Source: Octopus sinensis (Eukaryota). Taken from it: DNA of 64,000 nucleotides. Both the position numbers and the translations under genes were made by a program. Shown in pieces: positions 14,630-28,929 of the stretch. Position 1 is the stretch's first letter. Every line of letters begins with the position of its first letter. The notes under the pieces are model-generated. The model was not told the origin of the DNA. It did not search any database and was given only the letters and a program-made list of their open reading frames with translations. Location: contig NC_043024.1 of the NCBI RefSeq assembly GCF_006345805.1, positions 310,001 through 374,000 on the forward strand. Reading direction: 5' to 3'.

Positions 14630-15108
14630 TAGGTTTGTATATTTCACAAATTTTATTTAATGCCTTTCAAAATACTCCCCTTGGGAGTTCACACACTTCT
14701 CCCAGTAGTTCTTTCACTGCAGGTAGGACATCCGGAATGCCTTCTCTGAAGTGTGGCGATGTTTAAAGCAGCTGAACTACTCCTTGATCCGAGTTTCGCC
14801 CAAGGCATCATCGCCAAAGGCCAGCTGAATCTTCTTCATTTTTTGAGCTTGAATATCATCAAGCTTTTGGCAAAACTTAATGCAGTATCTCTGTTCGATC
14901 CGCTTGTATGTAAACGCAAGTTCAACAAGTGCACACCACATGTCTGTACTCTAGGAGTAACAGCCAGGAAGTGATGCAGCCAACCGGCACGAACATTTTC
15001 ACACATGAGCAAAAAGGGTGGCATCACCTCCCACCCAAAGGATTTTGCCCACGAGGCATTAGTTTTGCTGGAGAAAAATAAAGCCGGATACTTTTGAGTG
15101 CACCTCGC
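14630..15108 (-). mobile_element. Internally deleted mariner element
   Basis: The minus strand encodes the mariner C-terminus ...KNYWEKCVNSQGEYFE and an N-terminal remnant; GAGGTGCACTCAAAAGTATCCGG is TIR-like. Confidence 0.65.
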
Positions 15109-15808
15109 ACACGTGTGCGTGTGTGTGTACAGAGAGAGATAATGATCACAAATACAAAGAGTGACAAGAAAGAAACAAAGAGAAATAATACAGGAAATCA
15201 GACAAAGAAGATAGGAAGCTGAGAAAGCGTAGAAATATGAAAGGAAACAGCAAAAATGAATGAATGAGAACAATCAAAAGAAAATATGGCCAATAGAAGA
15301 AGCAGAGAGAGAAACCATCATTTAAACGATAGCCTCTTATCCATGGGAGGGGAAAAGAATAAGAGTGTATAGGGAAAGTAAAAATTAAAAGAAAACGACG
15401 CCTGTTTGGATGGCAGGTTTGTGTATTTCCTACAAGTTACGGTTAAATTCCGTCATTAATATAAAAGAACTGAAGAAAGCTAGAAAAATTGCAACTAACG
15501 TTGACTAGTTTCTATTAAAAAAAAGGAATTTAGAAAGCCTTTTGATATGAGTAGGTGAACGAGTGACTTCATTTAAGTTACGAGCCTAATTGGGAATCCT
15601 TGCGACATAAACTAAGGCAAGATGTTACGGTGTTTCAAGATGACATCCAAATGATATTAACTAATTTTAACCCTCAAACTACTAATAGGATTAGCAACAA
15701 TTTTAAATTTTCCTTATACATTAGGGGCCAATGTACAATGAACTTACTCGGTGTAATACTTATTCTGAATGATGGTCTATCCTAACAATAAACCCGCTCT
15801 ATCAAATA

Positions 15809-16204
15809 ACTAGCAGTATCGCCCGGCATTGCTCGGGGTTTGTTTCGACCCTTTAGAATTGGAATTTTTGAAAAGTAAAAATTTTGCATTATGTAGCTTG
15901 TTATTCTCTTTAAGTGAACATTTTCCTGGTTGAAATACACCGCAAAATGGCGACATAGCAGTCAGAAAATCTTTAAAAAATAGGGATTTTTCATAGAAAA
16001 AAAGCACCTTTTTGATGTAAATAATTTTTGGTGTTAACATGGTCTGATTTGAATTTTTTCTTCTATGGGAGGAAGAGCAAGCCTTCTTCTATCATACTCT
16101 CAATTTTGGTCAACTTGCGCTGCAGGGTCTCGCAGGAGATAGTGTTAGTTGAAGGCTACAAAACCTACCATACACAGACAACTTCAGCTTTATATAGAGA
16201 GAGA
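15809..16204 (-). mobile_element. Non-autonomous Helitron
   Basis: Minus strand begins A|TCTCTCTCTATATAAAGCTGAAG and ends with the hairpin CCCGAGCAATGCCGGG followed by ...CTAG|T. Confidence 0.75.
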
Positions 16205-17639
16205 TTATATAAATGATAGTCTAACCATCTTAGAATTATTGCCGAATATGTAATTAAGAATATAATTATCACCAAAAATTTAATTAAGAAATATCAGTGA
16301 TACTTTCTAGTATTTCCACTAATGAACATATTTTTAATGCCTCATCGTCATATTGTAATGAGATATTAATTGTGAATGGATCGAAAGCTGAAATATCCAG
16401 CATTTCACGTAATAGCCTTTGGAATGCTAGAATTAGGTACAGAATTATATGTTAGTGAATTTTCCTTCATAATTTAGATATAACTTCTCCAATGATATTT
16501 TTCTTAATAAGCATTTGCCCCTTCACTGCAAATATCATAAATGCTTTTATGGAAATATCCTAAAACTCTCCAATTCAACTACACGTAATTTGAAAATCAG
16601 AATGAAATGATTGGGCACAATTGCATGGGCATTGTCAATTTGGTATGGCTGACTGGACATTCTGCCTGTTTTGGCGATCGTACTTTATGGTCATATAGGC
16701 AACCATGCCCGCGTGCTGAAATATTCACATAAAAATAGAAAGTTGGAGAGATTGAGTGAGGCACGTTACAATTTATCAATTGATTATGATTAACAAAAAC
16801 AATTTCCCTCTCTTCATACACATAAAGAGAAATATACTCACATACATAAACACAGAGAAATGGAGAGGGAGATAATAAGGGAAACATTGAAATGTCTGAT
16901 GTCAGGTAAGTCAGCATCAAATCAACGACACCAAAACGCTTGTGCCAAAACATTTACACTTTTCTAAAATAGCTTAGTTAAATCAAAACATATTTACCCA
17001 TAATAGTAAATTCAATTATACCAACATTTACAGCTGTTTTAGATTTTATAATATAGCATCAAAATCAAAATAGATTTTTTGGAACCATGATTGTATATCA
17101 TTTATTTTCTTAGCACTTTTGATACCAAAGCCCTGAGGCTGCTCTTGGTTCTATGATATGACTCTGTATCAAAGTGATGAAAATTAAGCCTTCCTTTAAA
17201 ATTTCATCTTAATTTATATTCAAAACATTGATTGTGATAATTGTAATAAAATTCTTTCACTGAATTTTTCATTATTTTCAAAATTAATTGAAACAAAAGA
17301 CTGTGTTTCAACAGAAATTTGGTAAAAAAAATAAAAATGAAAGAAAAGGACAGTAGGGAAGGATGTTTATTATTACACTCATCAATTAATTGATTAAATT
17401 ACAGACAGACAGACAGATAGAAAATGGACTGAACGATATTCTTTAAATTCACTACACTTGTTTCGACACATTTCTACACTCATAATGCTTTACTACATTG
17501 GTGAGATGATGTAGTTAACACATTGTGTAACTATTGTTGTAATTCAACATGGTCGCTTTTTTTTTGCCAAATAAACACACGGACTATATATTTGTTCTTC
17601 ACTCATATATTACTGTTCTTATTTTAACTCATGTCCATT

Positions 17640-17682
17640 GTCCGGAAATCTTTCGTCACACACCTGCGACCTCTTCAGCGAC
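17640..17682 (-). ncRNA. Hammerhead-like motif
   Basis: GUCG-CUGAAGAG-GUCGCA(GGUG)UGUGAC-GAAAGAUUUC-CGGAC. Confidence 0.45.
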
Positions 17683-19619
17683 TCTTTTCGTTTTCATGTG
17701 TGCTCATACACAAAAACATATGCGCATATATACACCACACACACATATATTGTCCTCTATTGCATTTTTGTTCCATTTTTATACTTATATATACATATAG
17801 CGGTGCACGTACACTTTTGCTCACCTTGTAACTAAGTATCTATCTAAATTTTGGACGATTCTTTTACTCTCTTTCAGTCCCCCCCCTCATACTTTCTTCC
17901 TCTTTTCTCTTTTTTGCTTCCCCTCTCTCACATTTCTTAGCCCTCTCTTTAACTTCCACTTTTCCTTCTCGTTTATCTCCCCTGTACCTTTCCCTTTGTC
18001 TCATTTTTTTCTAATCCTTCAATCCCGCTGCCCCCTAACCCTCTCTCCTTCCACGTGACCGGTGTTCATCTAGCCATGATCTTTCTTTCTTGGCCTGACT
18101 GCCAACACCTCTTATGTCCATCTCCTATGTTCCTGCCTTAAGGCTTTCACTTTATACACGCCAGCTCAATTTTGATTCGTCCTCAGTTGAAAGACAACTG
18201 TTGCTATATTCTTGCTGTTTGTATTTGTAATTGTGTACCATATTCTCCGTTTTTTGTCTTTGTTGTCATACACATTCGCTAGCCTTCCTACAAAAAGTCT
18301 AATGCTCTTAGCTTAGACTTTTCTGGGGGCAACCAGATCGAACACTTTCAAGTGTAGCTGTCCAAAACTGTAAGGACATCTGGTAACTTGACTGATGACA
18401 GAAAGCCACGAATGACCCGCCCTTTTTTCCTGTTCCCGTAACTGTTTTTTTCCTGTCCGCCTTTGTATCGTCTATCTGTCCGAATGTCATTGTCCTCTAT
18501 TGCGTTTTTGTTCCATTTTTTATATTTATAATTATATATATATATATATATGGGGGGGGAGGATGTGTGTGTGTGTGTATGCATTTGTAATTGTGGGTGT
18601 GTATGAGTGAGTGTGAGTATACGATTCAGTCTTGGCTGAATAAATTGTTGATGTCAGAAAGAGAGAGAGAGGTGACAGACAGACAGAGACAGACAAAGAG
18701 ACAGAGTGGAGAGAAAGAGAGAAGATAGAGAGAGAGAAAAGTGCAATGAAAAAGACCAATAGCGGTGAAAGATCAAACAAAATTGTCCGACTTTGTTGAC
18801 CCCTCCTCCTCCCGACCCTCATCCGCTATTCATAATGATATGTTTAATGTGTTTATATACAAAAATATATCAACACTTTAATGTGTTCATATAGAATTAT
18901 TTTCCTTTTTTGCAAGTTTATATCTGTATTCTGCCAGTTGTGTATATGTATGCTGGTATGTGTGCGTTTGTGTGTGTGTGTGTGCATGCCTGTGTGCGTA
19001 TGGTACGAAGGGTTGTAGGTTCGTGTGCATGTGTGTGAGAGCTTGTGTGAGTGTGGCAAGATGTATGCCTTTGTGTGTGTGTGCATTGGTATGTGATGTG
19101 TGTATGTATATATGAGTGTGTTATGTGATGTATGTGTGTACGTATATATGTGTGTGTATTTATGTGTGTGTAATATATATATATATATATATATATGTGT
19201 ATGTTATTATTTGGTGTGCATGTCTATATTCTCGTTCTGTGAGTTAAATTTTCTTTCTTGAAGCCCCGGGGTAAACAGAAAAAGCCTCCCTAATAAACTT
19301 CCTACTGGATGAAATAAGGAAACAAAGAACAGGGATCTTTTCCCTTTCAACAGCAGATCGAGAAATGAATTTTTTGTAACTAAACACTTTCAAACTTCGG
19401 ACACAGGTAGAATGTGTCACATAAAACACCTCTTATTTGCTTTTTATGAAATTCTGAGATGTCACAGTTGTTACTTCCAACTTCTATCAGTTTGTTTTTA
19501 CTTTTTAAGGACAATTTACTTTCACATTTTAGAACAATTTACTTTCACTCTTTTTAGGATAATTTACTTTCACATTTTAAGACCATAAAATGCATGTTAA
19601 CTTGTTCTGTTCTATTAAA

Positions 19620-19780
19620 TTGCTTCTGAAGCTTTCAATGGGACTCTAAGGGACATCAGTACAAATTCTTCTTTTGGTGGAATAGCAGCATTCTTAGCTG
19701 AAAATTTTGTCAAAAACTTTCCAAACAAGAACAGAACCAATTACATTGGAATCTGCTTGAAATCATTCCATCTGAAGAAG
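19620..19780 (+). pseudogene. Helitron PIF1-like helicase fragment
   Basis: EAFNGTLRDISTNSSFGGIAAFLAENF...ICLKSFHL resembles the EAVDRTLRDI..PFGG..LLxGDF..CLKSS motif region. Confidence 0.55.
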
Positions 19781-21784
19781 AATTAGTAATCTGACACCAT
19801 CAGATGACCATCTAGAAAAAAAGTCTTCCCCCCCCCCCCTTAGTTTTCAACACAACTCCCACATTTATGTCTGTGAAAGAAAAGCTGTTTCCCCCCCACC
19901 CCCAACCAACCATTAAGGCAGTTGAGATGATCAATAAACAAAATTATTCTATGATGGAATGGAGAAAACCTGAGGAAAATGCACACTTCTACATCCATTT
20001 TTGCATTAACCTGAAGTTAGTTGGTGTTTCATGTCACAGACACATTCAGAAAAAGGGATTCTCAATTATTATTCTTGGGAAATTGAATGCTTGTCACATA
20101 AATTTGCTTGTTTTTGTTTTGTGTTTGTTTTTAGGATTTCTTCTATTTATTATAATCCTTATTTTTTCATCAGCAGTTTTGAAATTTATTCAAATTTCGA
20201 AAACAATAAACAAAAGTTGCAGAGGAAGAACACAGATACAAAAACGAAAACCAAAAAATACTTTAATGAAAATATTTTTCAAGTTAATTCAAACAACATT
20301 TGAAAGGATTACAATTAAAGGGGGGGGAAAAAAACAAATAAATTTATCAGACAAACAAATACAATGACACCGAGTTTGGTAGTCAAACAACTAATGTCAG
20401 ATCTGATTGAAGCAGTCAGTGCGGTGGCGCTGGTGTCAGTATGTTTGGGTCATTAGCTTTCAACCAGGGTCTAATTGACTCTTGTAGGTCCATATAGGAT
20501 TTTTGGGGTCCAAACAAGTAAAATAGTAAATTGGGAACCCATGCTAGTATATTAGGGGATCATAAAAAAATATTGCTTCAATCCTTTAGTATTTAAACCA
20601 GCAAATATCTGGCCCAAATATTCTAAATGCTTCATGTTCAAATAGGACAGATCTGGTCCCTCACACCTACCCTAAAATATCATTCATCATCATTATTTAA
20701 CATCCGTTGTCCATGCCTGGTATGGGTTGGACGGTTGGACCAGGACTGGTAAGCTGACCCATACATATGTGGTGTATGTGTGTGCATGTATGTATGTATG
20801 CATAGGCATGTATATATGTATGTATGGTGTTGCTTCTGTTAAATATGTGTATGTATGTTTGTATGTATACAACAGGCTTCTGTCAGTTTCCATCTACAAA
20901 ATCCACCTACAGGACTTTGGTTAACCCAGGGTTATAGTAGAAGACAATTGCCTAAGGTGCCACGCAGTGGGACTGAACCCAAAACCATATGATTGGGAAA
21001 CCAGTTTATCAGGCCGTTGCTTTCAGCTGTTCTTCCTTTCTTTCTCTCTTCATTGCTTCTTAATCTTGTTATTGTTGCTTATGTGATTTTCATCTGTATA
21101 CACACACACACAAATACAGACACATACACAAATGCACACACATACACACACAGATATACATACACACATAAACACGTATACACATGCACACACAATTACA
21201 CACAAACCCACATTACCCCCACAACACACGACACCTTATATCTTCTGAAAAACACTAAAAATATCGAATATACCCAATAACTGCAAAAGACAACGGGGAA
21301 AATTTAATGATTAGAAAAATAATCCGTTTGCAATTAAGTAAATTACTCTGTTATTTGTGTGAAAACAATGTTTTCAATAAACACTTGGAAAATGTAAAAG
21401 TCCAATGGTTTTCTTTCTTTCTTTGCTGATTGCTCTCTTAAGTTCAACTTAAAACAATCATCTGGATTGTTGAAGATGTGAGACTTTCCAAGGAATCAAC
21501 AAACTGTAGATTGTCAGCATCTTTTCAAAGAACAGAGAGGGAATGTATATTTGTGTGTATATGTATTTTTGTATGTATGTATGCAACTATGTAAGTATGT
21601 ATATAACTATGCATATATGTAACTATGTATGTGTTTGTGCATGTATGTGTATAGGTATGCATGTATGTATCTATGCATGCCTGTATGTATATATGCATTT
21701 ATGCATGTATGTATGCATGCATGCATGTATTTATGTATGTATTTGTGTATGTACATTTACGTATGTTTTATTCTATGTATATCA

Positions 21785-22130
21785 TCGTTCAGTTTTATTT
21801 CAGGATTTCTTGCCAATAGAGAAAGGGCCGCTTTCTAACCCAGACCCAAGATTCCTTCATTGGAATTTCAACATCAACAACAGGGTATTTTTGTATATAT
21901 GTGGTATGTATATGTGCAGATTTGTATGTTTTGTTTTAGGTATGCATTCTCATGCATATAGTTAAATATCTAGACATGCTCATATATATTTAATTGATAA
22001 ACTTCTGGAAAGTTTTACAGATTTTTACAGTTCCAGTGATGGATTGAATTCGTAGTCTTCAAAATAGCTATCTCCTTTCTGGTTTTGAAAAGCCTAATTT
22101 CTCAAGATTGGTATTTAGGCAGTGTGTTAC
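21785..22130 (-). mobile_element. 3' end of RLE-type (R4/NeSL-like) LINE; the same family occurs at 49370-49955 (-) and 63680-64000 (+)
   Basis: Three near-identical copies; 49544-49813 translates to YPDYKFRFIAVIVGALGYVTHCLKTNLEK. Confidence 0.7.
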
Positions 22131-22282
22131 AGTATGTATATATGTATGTATGCATGTAAAAGTTTAGATTCAAATGAATGTAGTACCTAAGTTGAGGCAC
22201 CAGAATTTAGTACAGTATTATCCATACAATTTCAAAATAAGATGATTAAAATCAAAATAAGCAACAAGGATATCAAGAGGTA

Positions 22283-22370
22283 ATGCAGTACGATCGTTTC
22301 AAGCAACTCCATTTAATTGAACAATGCAATCATTACATCAATTTAAATGCAGAGCAACCCTCAGCTGCAC
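22283..22370 (-). ncRNA. Hammerhead-like motif with a long stem II
   Basis: GUGCAG-CUGAGGG-[long imperfect hairpin]-GAAACGAUCGUA-CUGCAU. Confidence 0.45.
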
Positions 22371-22879
22371 AAAGACATAGAATTTAATTAAATTAGAACA
22401 GATGGACATGCAGTTTGACTGGGCTAGCATGCTGGAAGGCTGCATCAACTCCAATCTGATTTAGCATAGTTTTCTACAACTGGATGCCCTTCCTAATGCC
22501 AACCACTCTGAGAGTGGAATGGGTGCTTTTATGTGCCACCAGCACAGGTGCCATTTGCATGACACCGGGGTGCATTTATGTGCCACTGGCATGGGTGTCA
22601 ATTTGCTTGATACCAGTATTTGCTACAGCAGCGATTTTACTCGGCTTGATGGGTCTTCTCAAGCACAACATAATGCCAAAGGTCTTGGTCCTTGCCTCCA
22701 AGAGGCCCAACACTTGAAAGGAACTCAGCTACTTTGCCTCTGTGAGGCCCAACATTAAAAAGATGTTCTTTATGTGCCATCAGCATGGGTGCACTTGGCT
22801 TGCTGGGTCCTCTTAGGCACAGCACATGGCCAAAGGTCGGTCACCAGTTATTGCCTCTGTGAGGCCCAAAGTTCAAAGA

Positions 22880-23420
22880 TCATGCTTCACCATCTCATCC
22901 CATGTCTTCCTGGGTCTACCACTTCCACAGGTTCCCTCCACAGTTAGAAATAGGCACTTCTTTACACCACTGTCCTTGTCCATATACATCACATGACCAT
23001 ACCATCACAGTCCTCTCCCTTGCACACCACATCTGATTCCTCTTATGCCTAACTTTTCTTTCAAGATATTTACACTGTCATGCATGCATACTAAAATTGC
23101 CCAGCGGAGCATACTGGCTTTATTTCGTTCAAGCTTACACATGTCCTCGGCTGTCAAAGCCCATGTTTCACTGCCATGCAGCATAGCTGTTCATACACAG
23201 CAAACAATCTGCCTTTCACTCTGAGAGAGAGAGGCCCTTTGTTGCCAGCAGGGATAGGAGCTCTCTGAACTTTGCCAAGCCTAATCTTATTCTCACAGCT
23301 ACACTCTCGGAGTATCTACCTCCACTACTAACTTGGTCACCAGATACCAGAAGCTATCTACTATCTCCTACCTCTAGCTTGCCCCACTGGCAGTTGATGG
23401 AGTCTATTTTCTGCACATGC
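22880..23420 (-). mobile_element. RTE-clade LINE fragment (RT C-terminal); second copy at 56320-56600 (+) in MBIP intron 6
   Basis: VDSF.YLGDQVSS.GG..ESV..RIR..WAKFRELL..L..KGLSLRVKGRL. Confidence 0.8.
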
Positions 23421-23539
23421 TCAGCATGACCTTCGAACGTTGGGCCTCACAGAGGCAACGACAAAAGATCAAGTCATGCTTGAGGAGACCTACTGAGTCA
23501 AGTACATCAACATCAGCAATATCAAAACAGATGTAGGCA

Positions 23540-25862
23540 GATAGATAGATAGACAGACAGACACACACACATATAGCCAGTCAGTCAGACATAGATATAT
23601 ACATACACATACATGCACACAGACAAGCAAATAGAAACAGTCTGACATACAACCAGACATAGATACATACACACATACATACATACATTCATACATATAG
23701 ATAGACAGTCAGACAATCAGATAGACAGATATAGATACATACATACATACACACATGCATACATACATTCATACATATAGATAGACAGTCAGACAATCAG
23801 ATAGACAGATATAGATACATACACACATGCATACATGCATACATACATTCATACATATAGATAGACAGTCAGACAATCAGATAGACAGATACAGATACAT
23901 ACATACATACACACATACATACATACATTCATACATATAGATAGACAGTCAGACAATCAGATAGACAGATATAGATACATACATACATACACACATACAT
24001 ACATACATTCATACATATAGATAGACAGTCAGACAATCAGATAGACAGATATAGATACATACATACATACACACATGCATACATACATTCATACATATAG
24101 ATAGACAGTCAGACAATCAGATAGACAGATATAGATACATACACACATACATACATGCATACATACATTCATACATATAGATAGACAGTCAGACAATCAG
24201 ATAGACAGATATAGATACATACATACATACACACATGCATACATACATTCATACATATAGATAGACAGTCAGACAATCAGATAGACAGATATAGATACAT
24301 ACATACATACACACATGCATACATACATTCATACATATAGATAGACAGTCAGACAATCAGATAGACAGATATAGATACATACACACATACATACATACAT
24401 TCATACATATAGATAGACAGTCAGACAATCAGATAGACAGATATAGATACATACATACATACACACATGCATACATACATTCATACATATAGATAGACAG
24501 TCAGACAATCAGATAGACAGATATAGATACATACACACATACATACATACATTCATACATATAGATAGACAGTCAGACAATCAGATAGACAGATATAGAT
24601 ACATACATACATACACACATGCATACATACATTCATACATATAGATAGACAGTCAGACAATCAGATAGACAGATATAGATACATACATACATACACACAT
24701 GCATACATACATTCATACATATAGATAGACAGTCAGACAATCAGATAGACAGATATAGATACATACACACATACATACATACATTCATACATATAGATAG
24801 ACAGTCAGACAATCAGATAGACAGATATAGATACATACATACACACATGCATACATACATTCATACATATAGATAGACAGTCAGACAATCAGATAGACAG
24901 ATATAGATACATACACACATACATACATACATTCATACATATAGATAGACAGTCAGACAATCAGATAGACAGATATAGATACATACATACATACACACAT
25001 GCATACATACATTCATACATATAGATAGACAGTCAGACAATCAGATAGACAGATATAGATACATACATACATACACACATGCATACATACATTCATACAT
25101 ATAGATAGACAGTCAGACAATCAGATAGACAGATATAGATACATACACACATACATACATGCATACATACATTCATACATATAGATAGACAGTCAGACAA
25201 TCAGATAGACAGATATAGATACATACATACATACACACATGCATACTACATTCATACATATAGATAGACAGTCAGACAATCAGATAGACAGATATAGATA
25301 CATACATACATACACACACATGCATACATACATTCATACATATAGATAGACAGTCAGACAATCAGATAGACAGATATAGATACATACCACATACATACAT
25401 ACATTCATACATATAGATAGACAGTCAGACAATCAGATAGACAGATATAGATACATACATACATACACACATGCATACATACATTCATACATATAGATAG
25501 ACAGTCAGACAATCAGATAGACAGATATAGATACATACACACATACATACATACATTCATACATATAGATAGACAGTCAGACAATCAGATAGACAGATAT
25601 AGATACATACATACATACACACATGCATACATACATTCATACATATAGATAGACAGTCAGACAATCAGATAGACAGATATAGATACATACATACATACAC
25701 ACATGCATACATACATTCATACATATAGATAGACAGTCAGACAATCAGATAGACAGATATAGATACATACACACATGCATACATACATTCATACATATAG
25801 ATAGACAGTCAGACAATCAGATAGACAGATATAGATACATACATACATACACACATGCATAC
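23540..25862. repeat. Minisatellite, about 38 copies of a 52-64-bp unit
   Basis: Constant core ATTCATACATATAGATAGACAGTCAGACAATCAGATAGACAGATATAGATAC plus a variable number of ATAC/ACAC/ATGC tetramers. Confidence 0.95.
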
Positions 25863-26354
25863 AGACTATCAGGATGAGAGACATACCATACATACCCATA
25901 TGCATACACATATGTACGCATATACAAATACACATATAAACATACACACCACACACACATCAAGACAAATGCACAGACAGACAGGCAGACAGACTCCAAA
26001 GCTGTTATTTACCGATTCTATAAAATTGTCTTGGAATTCTTGCCTGTTTCTTCAGCAGAAAATACTTTTTAATATTCTTAATGGGTCTCTTTTGGATGTT
26101 GGATAGATTTTTGCTTCATCATATTCAGAACATATATACATTTTTTTTAAATGAAAAACAAATTCTATAAACATAAGAAGACATAGATTGGAAAGAGAGT
26201 AAAAAAAAAACAAACAATGAAAGAGAAAAACTAAAAAAAAGAGAGAAAAGAGGAGAAAAAAAAGATACAGAAATAGAAAGGGAAAAAATGAGAAAATCTA
26301 TCATTATAAGAGAAGAAAGGGAAATTAAAGCATGGGATGGAAATAGCACAGACG

Positions 26355-26860
26355 AGAATCATTATCACCACCATCATCATCATCATCGTTATCATCATAA
26401 CCATCATCGTTATCATCATCATCATCATCATCGTCATCAGCATTGTTATTGTCATCATCTTCATCGTGATCACCGTCATCATCATCATCATTAGTATCTT
26501 CATAATGATCATCAGCAGCAGGACCGACATCATCACCACTGATAACACCATCGTCATCATCATCACTGTCGCCACCACCACCACCACCACCATCATCTTT
26601 ATCTTCATAACAATCCGCCACAGCTGCAGGATTGCCTGCATCACCACTGATACCACCATTATTGTCATCATCATCATCATCACCATCAAAACTGTCAGCA
26701 AACCACCACCACCATTCTCCTTATCATTATCACTAGGTTCCTTATCAAGATTATTTTCTATTATCATTTTATATTTTTGTTTGTTGTTATTTTTACTATT
26801 TGATTGTCATCACTATCATCATCATCATCATCGTCATCATTATCATCGTCATCATTATCA
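26355..26860. repeat. (CAT/CAC)n low-complexity tract
   Basis: Degenerate trinucleotide repeats. Confidence 0.9.
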
Positions 26861-27052
26861 AGGTGACAAGTTGACAGAATGCTTAGTGGTATTTCATCTG
26901 ATTTATGTTCTGAGTTCAAATTCCACTGAGGTCAGCTCTGCCTTTCATCTTTTTGGGGTCGATGAATTAAATACCAACTGAGCACTGGGGTCGATGTATT
27001 CAAATTGACCCCTCCAGCAAAATTTCAGGCGTTGTACCTCTAGTAGAAAGGA

Positions 27053-27665
27053 TTATTATTATTATTATTATTTATTGTCTTTGCACAGCTTCTAATGCTG
27101 GAGATGTACTATGGTACCAGCTGTTCATTACCAGTGCACTAAGGTAACACCCCTTATTTTTTGAGCACCATCCGGAGTATTCAAGCAATGCTGTTTTCTG
27201 CAACTGCTCCACCCTTATTGCAGCCCCTATTTCTTCCATGTACTTCTCAAGATTTTTACTCACTGTTCCCAGGGCTCCGACAATTATTGGTACTACTACC
27301 ACCCTTTTTGCTCTGTCCAGTTCATACTTGTTGCAAAGTGTCCAATGGACAATCCTTACTATATTGTCATGACGTCTCTTATATTCATTCTGGGTTAGTG
27401 GCATACATTGACTGGTAATATGCCATATAGTTTCACCATTTTGCCCACAAATTCTTCACTTATCACTTAACTTGGCAGTTTCACTCCTTAGATATGGAGC
27501 AGGAGTAATCGCATGGACAGTAGACGAACTAAACAGCTTAGACAGAAAGACAAGGAAGTTGCTGACTAAATATGGGATACAGACAGACTGTATGTACCAA
27601 GAAAAAAGTGATGGGAGAGAACTGATTGGATACAAACACAGCATTAGAGCAGAAGAAAACAAATC
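27053..27665 (-). mobile_element. R4/Dong-like LINE remnant with an inverted 5' piece
   Basis: Minus strand: ICGQNGETIWHITSQC (CCHC), RRHD, VVPIIVGALG and an (AAT)n tail. Plus strand 27470-27660: LLRYGAGVIAWTVDELNSLDRKTRKLLT. Confidence 0.75.
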
Positions 27666-28929
27666 AACCATAGAACTTATTTTTTAAGCATAGTAGTTAT
27701 TCTATCACTCGCTTTTGCCAAACCACTAAGTTATGGGGATCTAAACATACCAACACCAGTTGTCAAGCTGTGATGGGGGATGAACACAGACACAGAGACA
27801 CATATATATCGATATATGGTGGGCTTCTTTCAGTACCAAATCCACTCACAAGGCTTTGATCAGCCCCCAAGGTTATAGAAGAAGACACTTGTCCAAGATG
27901 CCACGGAGTGGGACTGAACCTGCACCAAAGTGGCTGGGAAACAAGCTTCTTTTCACACAGCCACACTTGACTAAATAGAAAATTACAGAATGTCAAAAAA
28001 AAAGTAGAGAAGCAAATAAAAACTGATTAAAAAACAGATTGGGAATGGAACAGATTGAAAAACTGACGATGAAATATAAAAGCAAAATGGATTAATCATA
28101 AAATAGAAATGAGCTGAGGTAAAGCAGAGGGAATTGGTTTTGAATAAAAGGAACTGTTAAAGAAAATAGTACAAAACAAGTGGGAGATGGCATGGATGGG
28201 TGTACAGTTATCTGCACATGAGCCGTGACAAGAGTTCTTTAGAAAGGAATTTATGAATGATAACAAAGCTGGATCTAAGGGCTTTATTGTTTTTCATTCA
28301 ACCAAAAGGAAAATGATGATGTGATGATATTATTGACTGCATAATTAAATTTTATAGTCATAAAGACACAGCCATGACTGTGTGGTAAGAAGCTTGCTTC
28401 CCAACCACAGGTTCAGTCCCACCCTGTGGTACCTTGGACAAGTTTCTTCTATTTCAGGCCTACTGAGGTTTTGTGAATGGATTTGGTTGACAGAAACTGA
28501 AAGAAGCCTGTTGCATGTGTACATATATGTGTCTTTCTGTCTGTGTTTATCCCCCCACCATTGTTTGATAACCAGTGTTGATGTACTTGTGTCCCCATAA
28601 CTTAGCAGTGCAGCAAAAGAGACCAAGAGAATAAGTGCCAGGTTTAAAAAGTATGTCCTGGGGTCGATTCATTCGACTGAAAATTCAATGGCCACAGTGA
28701 AATAACTGAAATGAGTGAAAAGATAAAAGATGCCCACCCCTAAAGGCAGATGATCTTTGCCCCATGGAAAGATATTTGATGAAACCCTGGTTCAATTGAC
28801 TTTTTTGTTTTAAAGGGATCTAAATTTTAAAAAAACCCCAGCAAAATACACCAGCTTAACCCTTTCCTAGTCATATTATTCTGCAAATGTAAAGCTTATT
28901 TTATTCACATTGTTTTGAACTATAACCGG

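Noticed and set aside
26231-26981. Poly-Met, Asp, Ile or His ORFs
   Set aside because: (CAT)n microsatellite artefact
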